Source: Azolla caroliniana (taxonomy: Eukaryota; Plantae; Polypodiophyta). Taken from it: a stretch of DNA of 64,000 bases. Position numbers and translations under genes: made by a program. Positions 50,713 through 60,780 of the stretch are shown here, piece after piece. The stretch is from assembly GCA_043228905.1 (NCBI GenBank), contig JBHGNT010000011.1:7564001-7628000 (forward strand). Direction: 5' to 3'. The notes beneath the pieces are model-generated. The model was not told where the DNA came from, did no database searches, and saw only the letters and a program-made list of their open reading frames with translations. How positions within the stretch are numbered: position 1 is the stretch's first letter; each line of letters opens with the position of its first letter.

Positions 50713-51097
50713 TGTAAAGAATCAGGTATGATTCTTGTGTAGCGGAATAGGTGTGAACTGTGTGTGTATGAGAGAGAGAAAGAGAGAGAGAGTGAGAAGT
50801 AAGACACAGAGTATACGCAAGGTAGATTGTATTAACAAAGGAGAAAGACTCAACACAATACAAGGTGGGAGGAGGGTGCTTTATATAGTCACCCTCTCTC
50901 TTCATTAACTACAAGACTCATGGAGCATGGGGAATGTGAAAGCTCATAAGTTATGTGTCATAGAATATGATTCTATGACTCATACTAAATGCTAGAATAC
51001 AAAGAGGTGACATAATGGTGACTCTTGACCGTTGGAGTGTCTATTCACTCTCAAGGTGAGTTCACACACTAGACCAACTTGAGCTTGATTCTCAATA
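50713..51097 (-). repeat. 5' LTR of D
   Basis: Abuts the PBS; sense termini TATTGAG...TTTACA. Confidence 0.93.
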
Positions 51098-51519
51098 GTT
51101 TCTTCACTAGTAATTTCCTTAGTACAAGGAAAAAAATGTGTCATCTTCGTATATCGATCTACTACTGTTAAGATCACATTGAATCCCTTTGAAACTAGAA
51201 GATTTGTGATGAAATCTAGAGAAATGGATTGCCACGGCTTGCTTGGAATTGGTAATGGTTCCAATAAACCATATGGATGATGTCATGGTATCTTTGCTCT
51301 GCAACATGTATCACATGTCCAAACATAGTGTTCGGCAAATTGTCGCATATGAGGCCAGTAGAATGATCAATGTACTAAATCCAACATTTTAGTACTACCG
51401 AAATGCCCTGGTGTATGTGTCATGAAAATTTTGGATTGCAAGAAGGCAACAAGAACCATTAGGAACATACAAGAGTTTCTTAAAGAATAGTAATCCATCA
51501 TGACATTCGAATTGTTGAT

Positions 51520-54500
51520 ATACTCAAGTTTGATGCCTTGAGTCTTGCAATACATCTCAAATTGGCCTCTATACTCACCACCATTATCTGTCCGGACAAC
51601 TTTCAACCTCTATCCAGATTCTCTTTCTACCCTTGCATGAAACTCTTGAAAGACTGACAACACTTGGTTTTTAGATACCAACACAAAAGCCCACACCTTC
51701 CTGCTGAAGTCATCAATAAATGTGACCACGTATTGTCCACCACGGTGTCGTGAAGATTTTCGGCCATGGTCGGAAAACCCGAGCGGGACGAATAAAACGA
51801 GATGTGCAACGTAGCACATATACTTATTAAATTAGTAACCTAGGAGTAAATAAGCAAATGCAAGTGTAAGGTATTCTACGAAAGTTCATTAAGTATTAAT
51901 ATGATGTGCACTTATGTGCACATGGGCACGTAGGAAAGGGGAGGACGTGGGGAGTACAAATGTGATGGGCAGTGCCATTGAAAGCATGAGGGAGAGAGTT
52001 AAAGGCCCACCAATTTAAGATCATGGGAGATATTCCCCATTAAAGGAGAGGGGATTTCACTCCCCTTTATGTAATGAGCCTCACCCCTTACTACTATAAA
52101 AGGGAGTGAGGGGTCACTTTGTGAGGGCTTCCACTTTTGGGTTTCTTTAGGTCGCCATTAGGGTTTAGGGATTTCAGTTTTAGGGTTTCACATAGGGTTT
52201 CATTCTCCTTCTTCTTTACTTATCCGGTTAGGGTTTCTTCTAGTGGTTTGATTCGGTCTATGCGGCCATTGTTGTAATCGTATAGTGGATTCTTAATATA
52301 GTTTGTTGATGTTTCTTGTCTCTATTTTCTCTACCATGCTAACCTCTTCTTCTTTCTCCTTTCCTCTTGAGCCAAAAGGTCATAAAGGTTAAGCTCCCAT
52401 TTCCCCCTCTACTCCCTACTCCAAGACCCCCGCGGTCCCGCCTAAGATCCCACATGTACCCGCGGAATTCCGCGACAACGGTGTGATGGGGCATCCACAT
52501 AACCTAGATCTGTGTGAACCAGTTCTTAGGCATGCTCTCTTCTCATCAGAGGTCTAGAGTGAAAAGTTGTTCTATTCTGCTTTCCAGCCAAGCAGTCCAC
52601 ACACTTTTCCAAGTGTATTCCTTTCACCTCTGGCAGGAAATCCTTTTCCGCAAGGATATGCATTCCCCTTTTGCTCATGTGTCCGAGCCTTTTATGCCAC
52701 AACTCACCATCTGAGTCAACCACTACATTTGCGTCATCTTGGCACAACTTTGCATGCATTACATACAATGTGTTCTGTTTTTGGGCTCGAGCCACAATCA
52801 GGCTCCCTTTACAGAACTTCCATATACCATTTCGAAAGCCACCACTATAGCCTTCATCGTCTAGCCGACCAGCAGATATCAGATTCAATCTGACATCCAG
52901 AACATGGCATATATCCTTCAATGTTAACCCTGCAGCTAGTAGATGTTAGCAAACACACATTTCCTATGCCCACAATCTTGCATTCACCGTCATTTCCCAT
53001 CCTTACATAGCCATAGTCACCGGTTGTGTAAGATGAGAAACATTCTCTTTGGGGAGTTAGGTGGAATGATGCACCAGAATCCACTACCCATGAGCACTCA
53101 ACATTTGCAAGATTCACAGTAACTTGTTCATAGATGAATAACATCTCTTCCTCACTAGTTGCAATGGTTGAGGTGTTTTTACCATCAGAATTTTTTCTGG
53201 TTTTGACCTCATCAGCCATGCCTTTGTCCTTTCTAAGGTGTCGACAATTCTTTTGGAAGTGGCCAGGCTTCCCACAATAGAAGCATGTAGGTCTTCCTCT
53301 AGATTTCGACCTTCCATAAAACCTATCTCCATTTTCTGGACTTCTATGCTCTCTTCTACCTCTACTAAGTTCTTGGGTCAATTAACTTCCGATTGAGACA
53401 ATGCACTTGTATCCTTTCTTCTTGTGTCTTCATTTAAAATACTTGCCTTTACTATTTGTAAAGATAGGTTGTCTTCTTTACATGAAGTGTTGTGTGTCAC
53501 TATTAAGTTTTCCCAACTATTCGGTAGAGTAAATAATAGTAGTGTGGCATGCATAGCATCATCTAATGGGAACTTCACCAATGTTAACTGATTCACCAGT
53601 CCCATGAAAGTGCTAATGTGCTCTACAATGCTCTCCCCATCAACATACTTTAGTCTCACTATCTTCCTCATTAGAGAAGTTTTATTTAGGGCATTTTTCC
53701 TTTTGTAAAGTGCAGAAAGTTTATGCCATAACTCGAAGGCATTGGCATCACTTGCTACATGTTGTAGGACGCTAATGTCTACGTACTGTCTTATAGTTGC
53801 CACTGCCTTTCTATGTAGAGTTTTCCACTCAGACCCTATTACCCCTACCGATATATCCTTCTTTTCTATAGGCTCATATAAGTCTTTGACTATAAAAAGA
53901 TCTTCCATTTCGATCTTCCAATTTTAGTTTTGTGAGTTTAGGACAATCATCCTCGGAAAGCTACTCACACCCCCTTCCATCTAGAATCTACCTCTGATAC
54001 CCGTTTGATATGAATTCACTCTAACGGAAGTTACAAACAAAGTTAAACACAAACAGAAATAAAACCAGTAGCACACAATTTACGTGGAAAACCCTGATTT
54101 CAGGGAAAAACCACGGGAACAGAAAAATTCCACTATGAGATAAGACAAAATACAATCACGGAATGATAGAACCTGATTTGGTATGGATGTACACTGAAAC
54201 CATGATTTCAGCCGAGTGCACCAAACCCTAACTCGTAGGTATCTATCCCTTTGAAGCTTCCAAAGCTTTTCTATTTTGTCTCTCTTCCTTTCTGTTGCAC
54301 TTGTTAAGAATTAGGTAGGTAATTAAGAGTTAATTAGTACCTAATTATGTGATTAGTTGATAAGCAGAAGATTATGTGATATGTGTGTGTATGTGTGTGA
54401 GAGGAAGAGAGAAAGAGAGAGAGACTTATGAATAGCACAAGATGGGGGATGAGTAAACTAGAGTGTATATAATAAAACATCATCAAATACAAAAGTACCC

Positions 54501-54657
54501 ACAATGAGGTATATATACATCTCATGTGCAAAGGTGCACATGTGTGAGTAGAATATAGGTACTATTGTGTAAGTCCTATATTAAATGTACTTAGGAGTGG
54601 AGGATCTAGAATATCCCACTTAAGTACAAGGTCCTACTTAAGGCGTTATAGTCAACA
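51520..54657 (-). mobile_element. E: AT-rich distant relative of the A family; 5' LTR 54006-54657 plus gag-PR-IN, 3'-truncated
   Basis: MEDLFIVKDLYEPIE (53378-53908), CFYCGKPGHFQKNC, WVVDSGAS; degenerate PBS at 53991-54002; U5 hairpin at 54083-54116. Confidence 0.88.
51746..52477 (+). repeat. L: solo LTR (732 bp) of an unidentified family, 4-bp TSD ACGG
   Basis: TGTCG...CGACA termini; ACGG at 51742-51745 and 52478-52481; TATAAAAG near 52095; excision restores E integrase DAPSHRGGQY. Confidence 0.8.
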
Positions 54658-55498
54658 CTTCTAACTAGATTCTATCTAGGTAACTACGAAGTTAGATTGT
54701 TGACTAACTAACTAAACTAAATTGAACTTGATCTCTCAACACGCCCGACATTGTGAGGCATCTGACATCCGACATTGTTTTCGGCGTTGTCCGGCTTTTG
54801 ATGTTGGCTTCTATGTGGCTTCCGCCCGGCCTTTGACTTTCTTCGTCGTGGCAATCTCGGGTCCTCTCCCTCAAGCCGATGACGAAGGCTTGTAGTGTGT
54901 GGGCGAATGTCGACTACTTCCACCCATCGTGGGTTACAAGCCGCTTCCGTGGAGCTCTTGGGCTCTTGTTCGGCCGCTACCTTCATCGCGAAGGCGTAAT
55001 GATGGCCCATGTACTCATTGTAGCCGTGCCGAGTGACGAGGTTCTTTGCTCTAGATGAGCGTCGAAGTTTTTCACTCGCCGATGTGAGCGTCTTCTTTAC
55101 TCCAGGTGTATGCATGATGGGTACACCAAACTCACTATCTAGTGAGGGAGTTGATCCATCCGAATCATTGTCGTCGGGGTGATCAACTTCGTATTCGGGC
55201 ATCTTACCTTTGCCTTTGTCAAAGTTCATACTTGGCCGCAACAGGCTTGGGTCGCATGGGGGCTCTTGTGGCCCACTAGGCTTTGCCGTAATCGAACTTT
55301 CTTCGAACATGTGTTCGAAGAGATCTCCATCTTCTACCTCTTGTTCGGTGGATTCCGGGTCGACTGGAGTCGGAGTCCAAGTTGCCTCTGGTGCGTACCA
55401 CGATGCGGACTCGTCGAAGACTATGTCTCGACTTACCCAAACCACTTGGGTAGAAGGGTTGTAACACTTGTATGCCTTCTTCTCGGACAAGTATCCTA
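54658..55498 (-). mobile_element. F: Copia fragment of the D lineage (IN C-terminus, RT/RH deleted, LTR stub 54658-54741)
   Basis: GYLSEKKAYKCYNP..VSRDIVFDES; LTR end TCTCAACA followed by CGCCC, as in D. Confidence 0.75.
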
Positions 55499-55898
55499 TG
55501 ACAATACTGTAGAAACAAATAGCGCGCGGAAGCAATAGAAAACAGAAAGCAGAAAACAGGTTTAATGGAGAGCTTAACAGTACACGGAGAGTCAGAGACA
55601 GAGAGAGAGCACACAGAAAACTCAATTCAAAAAATACTACTCAATCTGTACATCGTATGTGTTCAGTGAATACTTTTATACAAGTCCATCCGGATTGACA
55701 GAAGTACGGTGTACTTCAATGCTCACACGAGCGTCTGACACTAACTACAAGATGTTAACTCCCTAGTAGACTAGCTGCTACTTGGCTTCCGGTTACTGCT
55801 TGATCCAGCTAACCGGCTCCCGAGCTCACCGGTTCACTTGCTCACCGGCTCACCCTTCTGGATGCCGATCCGGATCCGGTTGAGCTTGCCGCTCAACA
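55499..55898 (-). repeat. 3' LTR of G (400 bp)
   Basis: TG...CA termini, adjacent PPT, homologous to solo LTR K. Confidence 0.85.
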
Positions 55899-58800
55899 CT
55901 CCCCCTCAAGCTCAATTTGAGGTCGGATCGTGGTGTCAGTCTCTATGGTTGCCGGTCCTTCCACCTGGCTCCTTCTGGCGTCACTCCGCCTCACTCGCGC
56001 TCCTCGTTCGATCCGGTCCTGTTTGCCGCGACCCTTTTGTTCCTGCGCACCTTGACTTCCTTGGTCGGCTTGTTTGATCAACATGCCCAATTCAGCTCCC
56101 TTGCTGTTGTGACTTTGGCTTTGGCCGATTCGCCGATCCCTTTGTGTTGGCGTCGACTTTTGCTGCCTTCTTGTCCTCTTGTCCTTGAATTGATCCGGTT
56201 CTTCCGAATCCTTCTATAGAACCGATTTGGCTGTCTCCAATTCGTTCCAGCTCTTGTCCGAATCGGTTGCTCCCGATTTGTCTTTTAGTTCCAGGCCCTT
56301 CACCACATCGGACCATGTCCGGGTCTTGGCCTTCTTCTTCCGGTCGGCTCTGTCCTTCTTGACTTTGCCTCCGCTACCACTTGTTCCGACTTGTTCGGAT
56401 GTGTCAACTTCCTTTGTCGACTCGGCTCCTTTCTGGTTCCAGTCTCTCCCCTTGTCGGTTCTTCCCCCACCGGCGCAATCAGCAGTCTCTTTGCCTTTGC
56501 CCGTTCCGGTGGTGTCTTTGCCCATTCTCCCCCTCAAGTGTGGCATGTCGAAATGCTGAACACCAAGCATTTCGGTGAAGTGCTGCAACTTGTCTGATCC
56601 AAGCGGTTTGGTGAGGATGTCGGCAACTTGCCGATCTGTATGAACATACCGAAGTTCGACTTCACCGCTCAGGACATGCTCACGCATGAAGTGGTAGTGC
56701 ACTTCGATGTGCTTTGTGCGAGCATGGAATACGGGGTTCTTGGCGAGTTGTATGCTGATTATGTTGTCACAGTAGATCAGGATCGGGGTCGGCACCTCAA
56801 TCCACAGGTCTTGCAGTAGTCGCCGAAGCCAAATGGCTTCACAGGTGGCAATGGTAGCGCCCCAGTATTCAACCTCAGTGCTCGACAGAGCCATTGTTGG
56901 CTGCTTTTTGCTGCTCCACGCAACAGCCGCGCTACCAAGGGAAAACATGTAACCTGAAGTTGATTGGCGATTTGATGCATCGCCGACCCAATCGGAATCA
57001 GTGTAACCGACTAGCTCTTCGGTTATACCTCGCCGGTATAACAGTCCTCGGTCCTTCGTGCCGCTCACATACCGCAATATTCGGTGCGCACACTGAAGAT
57101 GCTCGACGGTCGGCTTCTGCATGAATTGACTAATCACACCGACCGGATAGTTGATGTTGGGTCAGGTGATGGTCAAATATATAAGGCTTCCGACAATTTG
57201 TCGGAACTGTTTCTCATTGCAGGCCGGTTCGAAAATGGGATAGAGCTTCTGTTTCCAACCCAAAGGGTGTAGAAATAGGGCGGCATTCTGTCATGCCGAA
57301 CTTGTACAACATATTCAACACATAGTGTCTTTGTGAGAGCAATATGCCGTCGGGGGTTCGGATCACCTCGATCCCAAGGAAATAGTGAAGGTCCCCCAAG
57401 TCCTTCATCTCAAATGCGTTCGACAACTGAGACTTGACTCGACTGATTTCATCGAGTCCGGGTCCGGTGATGACTAGATCATCAACATACAGCAAGATGC
57501 AAACCGGACCGTCCGGACCGTGCCAGATGAACAACGAAGAGTCGGACTTGGAGGCCGAAAACCCCAACTTACGCAACCGGTGCGTAATCTTTGCATTCCA
57601 AGCTCGTGGGGCTTGCTTCAGGCCATAAAGTGACTTCTTCAGCCGGCATACATCCGACTTGTTCATCTCCGACTGAAAACCGGGAGGTTGGGTCATAAAG
57701 ACCTCTTCTTCTAGATCGCCTTGAGGAAATGCATTCTTCACATCCATCTAGTGAAGATGCCACTCCCTTGCTGCAGCAACCACTAGCACCACACGAACCG
57801 TCGTCATCTTCGCTACCGGAGCGAAGGTCTCGTCGTAGTCGATTCTGTGGGTCTGCGTGTATCCCTTTTCCACTAACCGGGCCTTGTACCGGTAAACTGA
57901 ACCGTCGACGTTGTACTTTACCTTGTACAACCACTTGTGTCCGATCGGTTTACTATGACGGGGAGGGTCAACTAGGTCCCATGTACTGTTGGCATCAAGT
58001 GCCCGCATCTCTTCCTCCATAGCGGCACGACAATTTGCATCCCTTGCCGCTTCTGCGTAGTTCTCCGGTTCACGCACTTCCACCACCTGGGTCATGTACG
58101 CATAGTGATGCGCCATGTACTCATTGTACCCGTACCGCTTAACAGGTTCCTTCTAGCGGGTTGACCAACGTAACCCACCGTTACCCGGTTTGAGGCCCTT
58201 CTTGGACGGTTCGGTCTTCGGTGCCGAAGAGTCGTCATTTTCCTTTCCGGAGTCGGATCCGCTCTTATCTGACTCATAAGTACCGGTTTCATAATCGGAC
58301 ATCTTCTTCTCCCCCTTCTCTTTGCGCGTGAACCGTCTCCTCGGTTCCTTGCGCGGGGAGAGCACGACAGAGTCTTCACCACTCGTCGGTTCGTCTTCTG
58401 ACTGGTCTGATTGACCCAATCTCTCGTTCGGCCCACTCAACCGAAACGATTCCGGACTCTCTTCTTGAGTCCCGGATTCATCATCTTCTATCTGGACCGG
58501 TTTAGGCTCACTAGCCTCATCCTCTGATATCGGGTCGGGGTTGGAAGTCGGAGCCGGTAAGGCATACCATGATGCCGTCTCATCAAACTCAACATTGTGG
58601 CTAACTCGGACCTACTTCGTCGAGGGGTTATAACACTTATACCCCTTTTGCTCATGTGTGTAGCCGATGAGGATGCACTTCTCCGATTTTGCATCTAGCA
58701 TCCTCTGCTTCTCATCCGGCACATGCACATATGCTATGCTGCCGAAAATCCGAAGGTGTCTCAAATTCGGCTTGTGCCCGAAATATAGCTCATGCGCGGA

Positions 58801-60780
58801 CACCTTGTCACCGATCCGGTTTTGGATGTAGACGGCCGTTCGGACCGCCTCTGCCCAGTAGAAATGGGGCATACTCTTCTCTTCCAGCATTGCCCTTGCC
58901 GTGTCGACAAGCGACCAGTTCTTCCTTTCGGCCACACCGTTTTGCTCCGGTGTGTATCTACAGCTGAACTCTCTCCGAATTCCTGTTTGCTGCAGATAAC
59001 TGTTGAATTGGCCGGAAAAATATTCTTTTCTGCCATCTGACCGCAGGCACTTGATCTTCCTCTCCGATTCCCATTCCACCATGCTTTGGAGGTTCCCGAA
59101 ACAGTCGAAGACTTCGCTCTTCCGCTCAATGAGGTAGATCCATGTGTGCCGGCTATAGTCGTCGATGAAGGAGACGAAGTATCGACTCTCGCCAAGACTC
59201 ACATTTTGTGCCGGTCCCCATACATCCGAATGAATAAGGTCAAGCTTGTTACGGCTACGGTTTCGTTCGGTGGGGAATGGAAGCCGGTGTTGCTTCCCGA
59301 GTTGGCATGCTTGACATACTTGGGCCTTCCGACCACTGAACTTTGGCAAACCGAAAACAACTTGTTTCGTTTGCAGGTCTTGAAGCCTCCGGTAATTGAC
59401 GTGGCCGATCTGCTTGTGCCAGAGATCGATGTCCGATTCAATCTTCTGTCCTTTGGCGAACAAAGTGGTGCCAACGTCATTGGTGTGGAGGATGAACATC
59501 CTCCCGTCTCTGCACCCTTGCGCAATAATCTGGTCCTCCTCCTCGATGAAGCACCCGAGGTGTGTAAACCGCACCTGCATTCCCTGGTCGAAGATCTATC
59601 TGATCGACACCAGACTCTTCGTGATAGTCGGAACGTGTAATACGTTCATCAGCTTCCCCCTCTGTCCGACGTGGCTCAAAGGGACTTCACCGATATGCAC
59701 AATTGGGTGAGGAGTGTCATCTCCGGTTTCGACAACTCTCGGTTGTTCCAATTTCTCCAGGAAGGAGAACCACTCTTTGTGGTTCATCATGTGATTTGAT
59801 GCATCGAAATCAACGTACCACACTTCCTCTGATTTGGAAGTGGTCTTCTTCATCGAATTTGCCTCGTGCTTCATCACTAAGGCTGGCCCCTTACCGGTCT
59901 TCCCGATTCCGGATCCTTTCGATCCTTGCTCATAGTGCGAGCTTTGCCGTATCTCCCGACCGGTTTTGCCAGATCCAGATCTGTCCGAATCGGCGCGCTT
60001 CTTCCAGCACTCGCTTTCTCTGTGGCCCTTTTTGCCACAGTACCAACATTCCATGGCGGATTTGTCTTGCCGGTCTCTGGCGCCACCTTGACTCCCCCTA
60101 GTTGTGGAGGTCCCGAAACTGCTGTCGGCACGGTCTCTGTGCCGTCGGTCTCGCCCTTGCCGGCCGCCTCCATTGCATGTGGACCCGCCTCATCCACCAC
60201 GCCCACGGGGCCGATCCGCATCCGTGTACAACATCCAACTGTCGGTGGGTGCACTTGCTGACGCACCGGCGTGCTTCTCTTCTACAAGGAGCATCGACTG
60301 TAAGTCGAAAAATGACGGTGTATTCTCCCTCGTACATATTGCTGTCTCGAAAGCTCGGAACTTAGACACCAAGCCCCTAAGACAGACATGTACCATCTCG
60401 TCTTCCTCTATTGTGACGTTAATAGAGGCAAGCAAGTCACAGATCTCTTTGATTAGGGCCGTGTAATCAGCCACTGACATGTCCTTCTGCTGGACATTGC
60501 TCAACTCCTGTTGGAGTTGCAGCTTTTGGGTTGTAGTGCTTGCGGTGAACACCTTCTTCAGGTTTCCCCAAGCCTCTTTCGGCATCTTGGCATCTCAGAC
60601 GCGGCTCAACAGCTGGTCTCCGACATTGGACGCAAAGCTGTACATCACTCTGCTTGCTGATTGTTCCCACACCAGGAAGTCCTTGTGGGCCGCATCAGGT
60701 GCTGTGTCATTAGCTCCGTCGACATAGCTCTAGTAACCATGCCCAAGCAGGTAATGGTGCATCTTGTATGACCAAGATGC
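55499..60780 (-). mobile_element. G: Ty1/Copia, 3' LTR 55499-55898, interrupted near the gag start by H
   Basis: CWYCGKKGHRESEC, IN 58612-59580, RT 57214-58116 (LYVDDL), RH 56214-57137; PPT complement CTCCCCCTCAAG at 55899-55910. Confidence 0.92.

Larger units (their letters stand above)
45632..51097 (-). mobile_element. D: full-length Ty1/Copia (second lineage), TSD GTTTC
   Basis: GTTTC at 45627-45631 and 51098-51102; 385-bp LTRs with about 10 differences; PBS-iMet complement GCTCTGATACCA at 50701-50712. Confidence 0.95.
24925..51520 (-). mobile_element. C2: chromovirus integrase/chromodomain/3' LTR in four pieces (51098-51520, 45065-45631, 35701-36068, 24925-25031)
   Basis: IN zinc finger/core GHFG..PWQSISLDFIT (51100-51450), HGLPDSIINNRGPQF and KLDYQRL (45070-45630), chromodomain YLVNWLGYGPSKCTWEP (35850-36010), G-run PPT, LTR start TGTCATGATA at 35786. 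The TSDs of A2 and D rejoin the pieces. Confidence 0.85.

Noticed and set aside
52158-52200. Interstitial telomere
   Set aside because: Only scattered TAGGGTTT units inside solo LTR L, not a tandem array.
54717-55625. 302-aa ORF with hydrophobic N-terminus resembling a membrane protein
   Set aside because: Chimera of G LTR sequence, F integrase C-terminus and F tail created by insertion and deletion.
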